DNA from: Spirochaetia bacterium
GTDB lineage: Bacteria; Spirochaetota; Spirochaetia; CAKZLE01
DNA: 64,000 bases
Direction of reading: 5' to 3'
Assembly: GCA_963677595.1 (NCBI GenBank)
Contig: OY782041.1
Coordinates: forward strand, 1,376,001 to 1,440,000
Shown: in pieces, positions 46,762 to 56,956 of the stretch
Layout of the letters: every line of letters starts with the position of its first letter
Position numbering within the stretch: position 1 is the first letter of the stretch
Notes under the pieces: model-generated
Database searches by the model: none
Told to the model about the DNA's origin: nothing
Seen by the model: only the letters and a program-made list of their open reading frames with translations
Made by a program: the position numbers and the translations under genes

Positions 46762-48924
46762 ATGATTGGATTGGTTATCGTAGCAGCACTAGCTGCGCTC
46801 GCCTTCGCTGCCATCAACTTCTATGGCATGAAGCGCAAGGATCCCGGTACCGAAGAGATGCAGCAGATCGCTGAAGCCATTCAAGAGGGAGCTGGAGCCT
46901 TCCTCCGACATGAGTACAAAGTGATCGGTATCGTCGTCGTCGTCATCGCGGCCATTCTCCTGGTAGTCGTCTCCTGGACGGGTGCCGTCGCATTCATGCT
47001 TGGAGCCCTCATGAGTGCCAGTGCCGGCTGGATCGGCATGAACATCGCGACCATCTCGAACGTGAGGGTCTCGAACGAGGCCCGCATGACGAAGAGCATC
47101 GGCAAGACGCTCCGTGTCGCCTTCCAGGGCGGTTCGGTCATGGGGCTCTCGGTCGGCGGTTTCGCCCTCCTCGGACTCTTCATCGTCTATATGGTCTTCG
47201 GTGTAGCCCTGAAGCAGGCCACACCGGAACACCTGGTCTTCCACAAGAACTGGCTCGGCATCAGTGATATCCCGTTCACCATGACCGTATCGAGCTATGC
47301 CCTCGGCTGTTCGATCATCGCCATGTTCAACCGTGTCGGCGGCGGTATCTATACCAAGGCAGCTGACATGGGAGCAGACCTCGTCGGGAAGACCGAGGCA
47401 GGTATCCCGGAGGACGATCCCCGGAACCCTGCGACCATCGCCGACAACGTCGGTGACAACGTCGGTGATGTTGCCGGTCTCGGATCGGACCTCCTCGAGA
47501 GTTATGTGGGTGCCCTGGTATCTGCAGTCATCCTTGCAGCCTACACCTATTTCTCCAACCAGCACGCTAGCAACGCGATCACGGGCAGCCTGATCAGCAA
47601 GCTGATGTACCTCCCGCTCTTCATCGCGGCCGTGGGACTGGTCTCATCGATCATCGGGATCATCTTCCTTCTCGTGAAGAAGGTATCCAAGAACCCGCAC
47701 AAGGAGCTCAACATGGCGACCCTTGTGGGAGCAGGTCTCACGATCATCTCCTCAGGCGTGGTCGTCTATCTCTCCCTCCGGGGCGAGAATGTCTCTGCGA
47801 TCGGGTTCAACCTCGGGGCGCTCTCCCCATGGGTCTGTGCGGTCTTAGGTATCGTCAGCGGTATCGTGATCGGCCAGCTCGCAGAATACTATACCAGTTA
47901 CGACTACAAGCCCACCCAGAAGATCGCTGCATCATCCCAGGAGGGTGCGGCACTGACGATCACCCAGGGTATGTCCGTCGGGATGATCTCGGTCATCGCA
48001 CCGGTCCTCATCCTCGGTATCTGCATCATCGCGGCAAACTCGGTAGCCGGCCTTTACGGTGTGGCCATGGCAGCCATCGGTATGCTCTCCTTCGTCACGG
48101 TCACGGTCTCGGTCGATACCTACGGCCCGATCGCGGACAATGCAGGCGGAATCAGCGAGATGGCAAAACTGCATCCGGAAGTCCGTGAGATCACCGACGA
48201 ACTCGATGCAGTCGGCAACACCACCGCCGCTATCGGCAAGGGGTTCGCCATCGGTTCCGCGGCACTCGCGGCTCTCTCGCTCTTCGCATCCTACCTCTAC
48301 GCACAGGCCGGTGAGGCTTCCGCCAACGGGCTGGAACTGATCCTCAACATGGTCAACACCCTCACCCTGGTCGGGGCGATCGTCGGTGGTGCCCTTCCCT
48401 ACCTCTTCTCAGGCATCCTGATCGAGGCAGTCGCCAATGCGGCACGGAAGATGGTCCAGGAAGTGCGAAGGCAGTTCAAGGCAGACCCCGGGATCATCAA
48501 GGGGACGAGCAAGCCTGACTACAAGACCTGTATCTCGATCTCCTCTGCAGGAGCCCTTGCAGAGATGAAACTACCCGCCCTTATATCGGTAGCGACCCCG
48601 ATCGTGACCGGCTTCCTCTTCGGTGCTGAGTTCGTAGGTGGATTATTGATAGGGACAACCCTTTCTTCCATCATGCTCGCATTGTATACTGCTAATGCAG
48701 GAGGTGCATGGGACAACGGGAAGAAGTATATCGAGCATGGGCACTTCGGTGGTAAGGGGTCAGAAGCCCACAAAGCAGCTGTCGTCGGGGACACCGTCGG
48801 TGACCCGCTCAAGGATACGGTCGGACCTTCACTCGATATCCTGATCAAGATCATGTCGATCGTATCGCTGATCTCCGTTTCGATCTTCAGTAAGTACAAC
48901 CTGTTTGCCTTACTGTTCAACTAG
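46762..48924 (+). CDS. hppA: Membrane pyrophosphatase, K+-dependent type (likely Na+-translocating)
   Basis: KAADMGADLVGK, EDDPRN, DNVGDNVGD, DLLES, GNTTAA (Ala = K+-dependent), GDTVGDPLKD. Confidence 0.95.
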   Translation: MIGLVIVAALAALAFAAINFYGMKRKDPGTEEMQQIAEAIQEGAGAFLRHEYKVIGIVVVVIAAILLVVVSWTGAVAFMLGALMSASAGWIGMNIATISNVRVSNEARMTKSIGKTLRVAFQGGSVMGLSVGGFALLGLFIVYMVFGVALKQATPEHLVFHKNWLGISDIPFTMTVSSYALGCSIIAMFNRVGGGIYTKAADMGADLVGKTEAGIPEDDPRNPATIADNVGDNVGDVAGLGSDLLESYVGALVSAVILAAYTYFSNQHASNAITGSLISKLMYLPLFIAAVGLVSSIIGIIFLLVKKVSKNPHKELNMATLVGAGLTIISSGVVVYLSLRGENVSAIGFNLGALSPWVCAVLGIVSGIVIGQLAEYYTSYDYKPTQKIAASSQEGAALTITQGMSVGMISVIAPVLILGICIIAANSVAGLYGVAMAAIGMLSFVTVTVSVDTYGPIADNAGGISEMAKLHPEVREITDELDAVGNTTAAIGKGFAIGSAALAALSLFASYLYAQAGEASANGLELILNMVNTLTLVGAIVGGALPYLFSGILIEAVANAARKMVQEVRRQFKADPGIIKGTSKPDYKTCISISSAGALAEMKLPALISVATPIVTGFLFGAEFVGGLLIGTTLSSIMLALYTANAGGAWDNGKKYIEHGHFGGKGSEAHKAAVVGDTVGDPLKDTVGPSLDILIKIMSIVSLISVSIFSKYNLFALLFN

Positions 48925-48939
48925 ACAAGGGGGGTTTAG

Positions 48940-49713
48940 ATGATTCATTACTATTTTCTGTTTTCACCGATTGAGGCGCTGATCGCTTCCCAGCTCGAAC
49001 CGAAGGCCTTCGGTATGTACATGGCACAGGGATCGAAGAAGGGTTCTGCAGAACAGCTGATGTTCGCCGAGGTCAAGGGCGAATTCGGGGACTTCTTCGA
49101 CTGGGACTACGCCAAGGAGCGGTGCGTCAAGCACCCCGACGGGCAGCCGAAGACCTCGGTCTACCTCTCGATCTACCGTGTCCTGGAGAACATCCCCACT
49201 GATGCCTTCATGATGGCATACCTGGTGACCAAGGACGGCCGTACCCTCTCCCTCGAGCAGGCTCCCTACAAGGATCCTGAGAACTGGAAGGGATACGCCC
49301 TCTACAAGGAACTCTGCCCCGTCCATCCCCTGATCGTCAGCACGCTGAACCCGAGGGAACTTGGCGAGTACGTCATCAGCGGCACGGAGAAGAAGCTCAC
49401 CCTCCCCGCACTGGTCTTCACCGACATCAGGGTGATCGACTTCAACAACCTGGAGAACAGCGGGAACATCGGGAGCATGTACGACCGGGACCTCGACCAC
49501 CTCAAGGAGTGCATCATGGCCTTGAAGACCGGGAAGGGAACCAAGAAGACGAAGACCGTCGACCGGTCATTCTCCAGCAAGTTCACCTACCAGATCATCG
49601 AGAGCGGTATCTACATCGTGAGGGGGAAGGATATCATCTTCTTCAGGATGCCTACCCGCGAAGAGCTTCGTGAGACTGCCTATGATTGGGGAAGGTCCGC
49701 GAACATCTTCTAG
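48940..49713 (+). CDS. Hypothetical protein co-oriented with hppA
   Basis: 257 aa, host codon usage, 15-nt gap after hppA. Confidence 0.8.
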   Translation: MIHYYFLFSPIEALIASQLEPKAFGMYMAQGSKKGSAEQLMFAEVKGEFGDFFDWDYAKERCVKHPDGQPKTSVYLSIYRVLENIPTDAFMMAYLVTKDGRTLSLEQAPYKDPENWKGYALYKELCPVHPLIVSTLNPRELGEYVISGTEKKLTLPALVFTDIRVIDFNNLENSGNIGSMYDRDLDHLKECIMALKTGKGTKKTKTVDRSFSSKFTYQIIESGIYIVRGKDIIFFRMPTREELRETAYDWGRSANIF

Positions 49714-49741
49714 CTGAAGATAAGACACACAGCATAGCTGC

Positions 49742-49779
49742 AGGGCCTGCTTCCTCTCCGGGGAGCAGGCCCTCTTCTT
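49742..49779. terminator. Hairpin between convergent genes
   Basis: AGGGCCTGCTTCC...GGGGAGCAGGCCCT. Confidence 0.65.
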
Positions 49780-50311
49780 ATCTGCGGAGGTCCCCGGGCA
49801 GCAGGTCCATGAGGATCTGGTCGTATCGCTTCCCTTCCCTCTCCATGGATGACCGCCAGCTGCCAATCTTCTGGAACCCCACCTTCTCATAACAGCGGAC
49901 GGCTCCGGGATTGAAGCTGTAGACCCGTAAGAACAGTGACTTGATATTAAGATAGTCGAATGCATAGCCGCAGAGCAGCCTGAGCGCCTCAGTCCCGATT
50001 CCCCGGCCCCGGTTCTCCTCATCTCCGATGAAGATCCCGGCCTCTGCGGTCCCGTGAAGCTGGTTCCAGTCGAGCAGCCCGCAGTTCCCGAGCAGGGTAT
50101 CCGTCTGTGAATCCACGATCGCATAGGTATGGTCCTGAGAGAGTCTCTCCAGGGCATCCTTCTCCCCATGGAGCGTGATGTTCATCGATGCGATGGTGAG
50201 GGTCCTCGCAGTATCGAGGTCATTGAGCCACTCCGTATACTGGGCTGCATCCTCCAGGCTGATGGGAGAGAGGTAGCACTTCTCCCCTGAGAGTTTCTTG
50301 AAATACCGCAT
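49778..50311 (-). CDS. RimJ/RimL-type GNAT acetyltransferase
   Basis: GIFIGDEENRGRGIG, CYEKVGF. Confidence 0.9.
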   Translation of the reverse strand: MRYFKKLSGEKCYLSPISLEDAAQYTEWLNDLDTARTLTIASMNITLHGEKDALERLSQDHTYAIVDSQTDTLLGNCGLLDWNQLHGTAEAGIFIGDEENRGRGIGTEALRLLCGYAFDYLNIKSLFLRVYSFNPGAVRCYEKVGFQKIGSWRSSMEREGKRYDQILMDLLPGDLRR

Positions 50312-50379
50312 GAAGCACCTCCTGCACGTTCATGATACAGGAGAGCTCTGAGGTTTGACAATATGGGTCAGGTTCTTTT

Positions 50380-50985
50380 TTAGAGACTGCCCAGGGCTTC
50401 CATAGCGAGGCTGTAGTACTCTTCCTCAGCTCGCATGCCGAGAATGGGTTCACCGATCACCTTCCCGTTCCCGTCGACGAAGATGGTCGTCGGGACCGCA
50501 TAAGCGATCTCGAAGATGGTCTTCTCGACCTTCTTGTCCGGCACGATGTTGAGGTAGGTGACCCCGGTGGAATCGATGATCCTCTGGGCTGCGGTTCCGC
50601 TGGTCCTCCCGTCACCAATCACGCCGATGAGATGAATCCCTGCTGCTTCCAGCCTGCCCGAGAGGTTCTCGAGCATCGGCATCTCCTCGATGCAGTAGGG
50701 ACAGGTGGTCGTCCAGATGTTCATCATGGTCAGGTTCTGCTGCTTCAGCAGTTCAGGACCATACGCCTCCCCGCTGAGGGTGACACCGGCGAACATGGCG
50801 AGCTTGTTGTCCTGCTTGAGCAGCAGCGATCCCGTACCATCCCCGCCTGCAGCGGTCGTGGCTGTACCGGCAGTCGTGGAGAGCTCATTCGTTTCCTGGG
50901 CAGGGGCTGCCTCAGCTTCTTTCGAACACCCGGCGATCCCGAGGATGAACCCGGCTGCCAGCATAAAGATTACTATTTTTCTCAT
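50380..50985 (-). CDS. TlpA/ResA-like thioredoxin lipoprotein
   Basis: Lipobox IAGC, WTTTCPYCIEEMP, AVPTTIFVD. Confidence 0.88.
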   Translation of the reverse strand: MRKIVIFMLAAGFILGIAGCSKEAEAAPAQETNELSTTAGTATTAAGGDGTGSLLLKQDNKLAMFAGVTLSGEAYGPELLKQQNLTMMNIWTTTCPYCIEEMPMLENLSGRLEAAGIHLIGVIGDGRTSGTAAQRIIDSTGVTYLNIVPDKKVEKTIFEIAYAVPTTIFVDGNGKVIGEPILGMRAEEEYYSLAMEALGSL

Positions 50986-51009
50986 CTTTACAATATACTC
51001 ACGTACTCC

Positions 51010-51717
51010 CTAGGAATCCAGAAGAATCTTCTTAATTCCCAGCACTTCTTTCTGTGCGTCCATAATCGTGCGGATCCCCCCTTCGGCGGCATCGAGGAGG
51101 CTGTTGAGTTCATCCCGTGAGAAGACGCCCTCCTCCCCGGTTCCCTGGACTTCTACAAGGTCCCCGTCGCGCATGACGACGTTCATATCGACCTCGGCTC
51201 GGGAATCATGGGCATAGTCGAGGTCGCAGATGATCTTTCCCGACACCTTCCCGACACTGACGGCAGCGACCTGGCCGAGGAGGTAGTACCCCGGTCCCGC
51301 TGTTCCCTGCTGGTCCGAGAGGACCTCAAGGGCATCATAGAGGGCCACCCAGCCCCCGGTGATCGAGGCGGTCCGTGTCCCGCCGTCGGCCTGAAGGACA
51401 TCGCAGTCGATGGTGATCGAGACCTCCCCAAGTCTCCCAAGGTCTACGGCAGAGCGCAGGCTCCTCCCGATCAGCCGCTGGATCTCGGTGGACCTGCCGT
51501 CCTTCTTCACGCCGTCCCGGCGTTTCCTCCCCCCGCCGGTGCTCCCCGGGAGCATGGCGTACTCCGCGGTAACCCAGCCCTTGCCGGTCCCCTTGAGGAA
51601 GGGGGGGACATCCGTGCTGATGCTCGCCGTGCAGATGACCTTCGTGTCACCGAAACTGATCAGGCAGGAGCCCGCCGGGTGCTTGATGTACTCTCGTTCT
51701 ATGGTTATTTCTCTCAT
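51010..51717 (-). CDS. rph: Ribonuclease PH
   Basis: [33 protein letters not shown]. Confidence 0.96.
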   Translation of the reverse strand: MREITIEREYIKHPAGSCLISFGDTKVICTASISTDVPPFLKGTGKGWVTAEYAMLPGSTGGGRKRRDGVKKDGRSTEIQRLIGRSLRSAVDLGRLGEVSITIDCDVLQADGGTRTASITGGWVALYDALEVLSDQQGTAGPGYYLLGQVAAVSVGKVSGKIICDLDYAHDSRAEVDMNVVMRDGDLVEVQGTGEEGVFSRDELNSLLDAAEGGIRTIMDAQKEVLGIKKILLDS

Positions 51718-51793
51718 GTGAGTATTCTATCATAATCGGGCAGGTGTGAGCCATCCTCTTTTGTTTCCCGCCCCCATATTGTATAGTAGATGC

Positions 51794-52885
51794 ATGATAA
51801 CAAAAGAGATCATACGACAGGTCCCGAAGGTTGAACTGCACGACCACCTTGACGGGGGCCTCAGGCCTGCGACCATCCTGGAACTGGCTGGTGAGTACGG
51901 GATCAGCCTCCCCGCATCGGATGAACATTCCCTGGAAGCATGGTTCCACCGGGGGGCGAAACAGAAGAGCCTCCCCCTCTATCTCGAGACCTTTGCGGTG
52001 ACCGTTGCCGTCATGCAGACGAAAGAGGCCCTGGAACGGGTCGCCTTCGAGGCCATTGAAGATCTCGCACGAGAGCATGTCGTCTATGCCGAGATCCGGT
52101 TCGCGCCGGTCCTGCACCAGGAAAAGGGCCTGAATACCGAGGACATCGTGTCATCGGTGCTCGCCGGGCTCGAGCGGGGCAGGAGAGCAACGGGGACCGA
52201 GTACGGCCTCATCCTCTGCGCCCTGCGCAGCCAGGATCCCAAGCTGTCACTCGATATTGCCGAACTGGCTGTTGCCTTCAGCGACCGGGGAGTCGTGGGC
52301 TTCGACCTGGCCGGGGATGAGAACGGGCACCCGCCCAAGAAGCACCTCGAGGCCTTCCAGTACATCCGGAACAGGAACTTCAACATCACGATCCACGCCG
52401 GGGAGGCGTTCGGCCTCGAGTCGATCTGGCAGGCGATCCAGACCTGCGGCTCCCACCGCATCGGCCACGGGACGCATCTGATCGAGGACATGACCGTACG
52501 GGGCACGAAGATCGAGAAACTCGGGACACTCGCCAACTTCATCCGCGACAAGCGGATCCCGCTCGAGATGTGCCTCTCGTCCAACATCGGGACCGGGGCT
52601 GCCAAGAACATCGATGAGCATCCCTTCAACATCTTCTACCGGAACCACTTCAGGGTCTTCCTCTGCACAGACAACCGGCTCATGAGCGATACCACACTGA
52701 CGAAGGAGATGGCCCTTGCGGCCGACCACTTCAGCCTCACGCTCCGGGACCTGGAGAAGATCACCCTCAATGCCATGAAATCGGCATTCGCACACCATGA
52801 TGAGAAGATCCGCCTCATCTATGACGTGATCAAGCGCGGCTATGCCGCGGTGCGGGATCAATATGAATACCACGGAGAGCTTTGA
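51794..52885 (+). CDS. add: Adenosine deaminase
   Basis: KVELHDHLDG, TIHAGE, RIGHG, LEMC, TDNRLMS. Confidence 0.92.
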   Translation: MITKEIIRQVPKVELHDHLDGGLRPATILELAGEYGISLPASDEHSLEAWFHRGAKQKSLPLYLETFAVTVAVMQTKEALERVAFEAIEDLAREHVVYAEIRFAPVLHQEKGLNTEDIVSSVLAGLERGRRATGTEYGLILCALRSQDPKLSLDIAELAVAFSDRGVVGFDLAGDENGHPPKKHLEAFQYIRNRNFNITIHAGEAFGLESIWQAIQTCGSHRIGHGTHLIEDMTVRGTKIEKLGTLANFIRDKRIPLEMCLSSNIGTGAAKNIDEHPFNIFYRNHFRVFLCTDNRLMSDTTLTKEMALAADHFSLTLRDLEKITLNAMKSAFAHHDEKIRLIYDVIKRGYAAVRDQYEYHGEL

Positions 52886-53757
52886 TGGACATACCTGCCG
52901 ATGTGATGAAGCAGCTGGAAGTCGACCAGCAGAACGAGATCGACGCCCATGAGATCTATACCAGGGCCGCAGCCCGCTGTAAGGACGAGGAGAACCGGAA
53001 GGTCCTCGAACATATCGCGGCCGATGAGCTCGCCCACTACACCATGCTCAAGAAGCACACCGGGAAGGAGATGCGCTTCCGCAGGAGGAAGGTTTTCTTC
53101 TTCCTCTTCATCACCTCCTTCTTCGGCCTAACCTTCGGGCTGAAGCTCTTAGAGAAGGCAGAGGACAATGCCGTGAACCTCGACTATGCCGGGCTTGATA
53201 CCTACATACCGGGGATCAAGAAGGTCATCGACCAGGAGGAGCGCCACGAGAAGGAGCTGCTCGCGATGATCAACGAGGAGCGCCTCTCCTACATGGGATC
53301 GATCGTCCTCGGGCTCAATGATGCGCTCGTCGAGCTGACCGGGACCCTCGCAGGCCTCTCCTTCGCCTTCCAGAACACGAGGATCATCGCCCTCTCGGGC
53401 CTGATCACGGGGATTGCGGCATCCTTCTCGATGGCTGCCTCCGAGTACCTCTCGACCAAGGCCGATAACGGCGATGATGCACTCAAGTCCTCCCTCTATA
53501 CCGGGGCGGCATACATCATCACGGTCTTCCTGCTGATCCTCCCCTACCTGCTGCTTGACAACTACCTCATCTGCCTGGCAGTGACCCTTACCGTGTCGGT
53601 GGCCATCATCTTCCTCTTCAACTACTATATATCGGTGGCGAAGGATTATAACTTCTCCAAGAGGTTCCTGGAGATGGCAGGGATCAGCCTCGGGGTCGCC
53701 GCTTTCTCGTTCGGCATCGGCGTACTGGTGAAGTACATCTTCGGGGTTGAGCTGTAG
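52885..53757 (+). CDS. Rubrerythrin-VIT1/CCC1 iron transporter
   Basis: N-terminal ferritin-like ExxH pairs; VLGLNDALVE, SMAASEYLS. Confidence 0.88.
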   Translation: MDIPADVMKQLEVDQQNEIDAHEIYTRAAARCKDEENRKVLEHIAADELAHYTMLKKHTGKEMRFRRRKVFFFLFITSFFGLTFGLKLLEKAEDNAVNLDYAGLDTYIPGIKKVIDQEERHEKELLAMINEERLSYMGSIVLGLNDALVELTGTLAGLSFAFQNTRIIALSGLITGIAASFSMAASEYLSTKADNGDDALKSSLYTGAAYIITVFLLILPYLLLDNYLICLAVTLTVSVAIIFLFNYYISVAKDYNFSKRFLEMAGISLGVAAFSFGIGVLVKYIFGVEL

Positions 53758-53758
53758 G

Positions 53759-55000
53759 CTAGATACAGGAGGCAGGGATCTGGATGATCCGCTCATGCAG
53801 CATCTTCACCTCGGTGTCGTTGTTGATCACGATACCGAGCGGGAGGTCCTGACTCTCCACGAAATACCTCAGGGACTTTAGCTGGCTGATGTCCGTCGAG
53901 CTTCCCGACTTGATCTCAATCGGCAGGGTGCCGAATCTCCCATCAAGGACCAGATCCACCTCGATACCGTTCTTTGTCCGGTAATAGTAATAGTCCCAGC
54001 CGCGGACCGGGGAGGCAGAGAGGCCCTTGATCAGTTCCTCTATGATGAACGACTCGAAATTCTGGCCGAAATTCGGCGACCTGAGCATCTTCTCCCGGGA
54101 GTCCACGGATGACAGGTAATGCAGGAGTCCGGTATCCCTCAGGATGCCCTTCGGCATCTTCGTAACGGACTTGACCCTGGTCTTCTCAAAGGAAGGGATC
54201 ATCCTCCAAATGAAGGTCTTGTGTGCGATCTCGAGATAGTCCCTGACTGTCACTTCACTGATATCGAGGGATCTCCCGACCTGGGCTTTGTTGATGATCG
54301 TGCCGGACAGTTCAGAGAGCATGGAGATGAACCGGCGATACCGGACCCTGTCGAGTTTCGGGAAGAGCCTTGAGATATCACGGGAGATATAGATCTGGAA
54401 ATAGAATTCCATCCATTCTTCCAGGAAGGTCTCATCTCCTTTGAGAACAGGACCAGGGAACCCGCCGCGCCGGCAGAGATCCAGGACATCGATGGTCCCC
54501 GAGATCGGCTGCAGACCGCGAAGGGAATCCAGCGTACCAGAAGAGAGCGGCTGCTCGAAGATCGTGTAGAATGGCGACAACGGGACTTCCAGCAGCTCGT
54601 TCATCTTGCAGGTACCAAGCTCAACGATCCCGATCCGACCTGCCAGACTGTCACTGGCGTGCTGGATCAACTCCGGGGAACTGGAGCCGGTCAGGATGAA
54701 GCGGTCAGTCCTGTCGCGGTCGTTGTCAATGACCCCCCTGAGATGCTTGAACAGTCGTGGAAATTCCTGGGCCTCATCTATGACGATCTCTGAATCGAAC
54801 TCCCGGAAGAAGAAGTCAAGGTCCGAGGTGATGAACTCGAAGTCCTTCGAATTCTCCAGGTCGAAGTAGTTCCAGGTCGGCCGCACCATCCTCGACAGGG
54901 TGGATTTCCCGCTCTGCCGTACCCCAAGGATAAGGACTACAGGGAACAGGGAAAGAAGGTGCTCGATCTTCTCCTGCTGGTTTCTCTTAATCAAAGACAT
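53759..55000 (-). CDS. AAA_14 ATPase + DUF4143 protein
   Basis: GVRQSGKS, IDEAQ, LTGSS, RDTGLL, EVDLV..EIKS. Confidence 0.9.
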   Translation of the reverse strand: MSLIKRNQQEKIEHLLSLFPVVLILGVRQSGKSTLSRMVRPTWNYFDLENSKDFEFITSDLDFFFREFDSEIVIDEAQEFPRLFKHLRGVIDNDRDRTDRFILTGSSSPELIQHASDSLAGRIGIVELGTCKMNELLEVPLSPFYTIFEQPLSSGTLDSLRGLQPISGTIDVLDLCRRGGFPGPVLKGDETFLEEWMEFYFQIYISRDISRLFPKLDRVRYRRFISMLSELSGTIINKAQVGRSLDISEVTVRDYLEIAHKTFIWRMIPSFEKTRVKSVTKMPKGILRDTGLLHYLSSVDSREKMLRSPNFGQNFESFIIEELIKGLSASPVRGWDYYYYRTKNGIEVDLVLDGRFGTLPIEIKSGSSTDISQLKSLRYFVESQDLPLGIVINNDTEVKMLHERIIQIPASCI

Positions 55001-55026
55001 ATCCTAATAATACCTTAGGATTTGTC
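54996..55026. promoter_or_regulatory. Inverted repeat over start codon and -10 of the AAA-DUF4143 gene
   Basis: GACATATCCTAA-N7-TTAGGATTTGTC (11/12). Confidence 0.6.
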
Positions 55027-55051
55027 TGCAGTCAAGCTTGCTGTATGAACC

Positions 55052-55705
55052 TTAGCCCCAGGGGCCCCTCCTGTGTGTTCCCCGCCACTCATCGATCGGG
55101 TTGATCCGCAGCCTGACGAGCAGGTAAAGATAGGAGAAGGCGAAGCCGGCAAGGTGGGTGAAGTGGGCTACCCCTGAACGCATCGAAGTCACCTGGCTGA
55201 AGATCTCGATGGCCGTATAAATGACCACAAGGATCGGGGCCTGGATCGGGATGATGCCGAAGACGAAGATCCTCGCCTGGGGGAAATAGGCCGCGAAGGC
55301 GAGCAAGACGGCGAAGACCGCGCCTGAAGCCCCGAGCAGGATCACCCCGTACCCCCCGGTCGCCCAGTAGTAGAAGAACGAGAACAGCCCGGCTAGGAAA
55401 CCGGTCAGGAGGTAGAAGAGCAGGAACTCCTTCGAGCCCATCCTCCGCTCTACCTGCGTACCGAAGAAGAAGAGGCCGAGCATGTTGAAGAGGATGTGGC
55501 TGAAGTTGGAGTGGGCGAACATGTAGGTGAAGAACTGCCAGTAGTAGTGCTCCTGGAGGACGAGACCCGGGATCATGGAGAGGTAGACAAGCAGGTCCCT
55601 GCTGATATAGGTCAGCATGAACACTGCAGCGTTTATGAGTATGAGGTACAACGTCACATTACTGTAGCTGTACCGGAATCTTCTTTGTAGTATTGAGCCG
55701 TTCAT
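55052..55705 (-). CDS. Rhomboid intramembrane protease
   Basis: HILFNM, GASGA catalytic Ser, AHFTHLAG. Confidence 0.93.
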   Translation of the reverse strand: MNGSILQRRFRYSYSNVTLYLILINAAVFMLTYISRDLLVYLSMIPGLVLQEHYYWQFFTYMFAHSNFSHILFNMLGLFFFGTQVERRMGSKEFLLFYLLTGFLAGLFSFFYYWATGGYGVILLGASGAVFAVLLAFAAYFPQARIFVFGIIPIQAPILVVIYTAIEIFSQVTSMRSGVAHFTHLAGFAFSYLYLLVRLRINPIDEWRGTHRRGPWG

Positions 55706-55751
55706 CTGTTAAACATAGATATTTTCTTCCGAACAGTCAAACAGATAATGC

Positions 55752-56792
55752 TCAGGAACGCCTGAACCGATCGATCATCGCCAGCAGTTCATCACGTGCG
55801 AGTGAGTCATCGAAGAGTTCACGGATCTCCGTTACCGACTCCTCGAGGAGCTCCATCGCCCGGGCTTCTGCCTGCTCGACGACCCCGCTTTCCATGAGGA
55901 GCCCGATGAGCCGTTCGACCTCGTCATGGGCCCGATCGATCCCTCGGGTTTTCGCAATAGAGAAGACCTCGAGCACCTCCGGCAGCCGGTCGGGATGCTG
56001 CTGCAGGAAGAGGATGACCGGGAGGCTCTTCTTGTTCTCCACGATGTCATCGCCCCGGTGCTTGCCGGGATTCCCCTCCCGTATATTGATCACGTCATCC
56101 TTGATCTGGAACCCGACCCCGATCTTCTCGGCCAGGACCCCTGCCCTTCGGATGACCGCCCCGTCATCGGTCGCCACGACGGCCCCGATCTCAGCGCTCA
56201 TGCCGGCAAGGCAGCCGGTCTTGAACCGGCACATCTGCTCATACTCCTCCGGATCGGGTATCAAGCCGGCATCCCGGTGCCAGGTGATGTCGAGCCCCTG
56301 GCCGAGATGGACGCGCCGCAGGTATTTCGCATAGACCTGGTAGACCTTCAGCTGCTTGTCTGCAGGCAGGCCGGAATCGTCTATGGCTGCCGTCGGCAGG
56401 TAGTAGAGCAGGTTCCCCGCATTGATCGATACATCCACCCCATGCGTGATATAAGCGGCAGGGGCGCCCCTGCGCACCTCCGATGAGTCCTCGATATCAT
56501 CGATGATGAGCGACCCATTGTGGGGCAGCTCCACCACGGGCGTCAGCCGGTATGCCTGCTGTGCGGCCTCCTCACCCCCGAGCATCTCGGCGATGAGTAC
56601 CATGAGCAGCGGTCTCCACCGCTTCCCGCCGGCACCAAGGAGATCCCGGGCAGGGAGGCAGAACCGGTCATAGGTCCCCGTCGTGGGGTTCTCCACCTTC
56701 GTCCCGGTGACCCAGTCGATCCAGGATGGGGTAACTGCCGCGGGGAGGACTCTCTCGAGTTCCTGTTCTATTCGTTCTAATCGGTCTTGCAT
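55752..56792 (-). CDS. Trans-polyprenyl diphosphate synthase
   Basis: GGKRWRP, FARM DDIED..RRG, GQGLD, KT, SARM FQIKDD. Confidence 0.92.
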   Translation of the reverse strand: MQDRLERIEQELERVLPAAVTPSWIDWVTGTKVENPTTGTYDRFCLPARDLLGAGGKRWRPLLMVLIAEMLGGEEAAQQAYRLTPVVELPHNGSLIIDDIEDSSEVRRGAPAAYITHGVDVSINAGNLLYYLPTAAIDDSGLPADKQLKVYQVYAKYLRRVHLGQGLDITWHRDAGLIPDPEEYEQMCRFKTGCLAGMSAEIGAVVATDDGAVIRRAGVLAEKIGVGFQIKDDVINIREGNPGKHRGDDIVENKKSLPVILFLQQHPDRLPEVLEVFSIAKTRGIDRAHDEVERLIGLLMESGVVEQAEARAMELLEESVTEIRELFDDSLARDELLAMIDRFRRS

Positions 56793-56929
56793 ACCGCAAG
56801 GATAGGTTCGAATACCTCAGCCTGTCAAGGAGACCGCGTAGAAATTTCACACTATCTCCACCCGGGGACAATGTTGCACATACCAGCCGATGATTACCCC
56901 CTCATAAGCCGGTTTTCCGGGTATAAAAG

Positions 56930-56946
56930 TTGGCACGGGCATTGCT
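56930..56946 (+). promoter_or_regulatory. Consensus sigma54 -24/-12 promoter
   Basis: TTGGCACGGGCATTGCT = TGGCACG-N4-TTGC. Confidence 0.85.
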
Positions 56947-56956
56947 ATATACTTGG

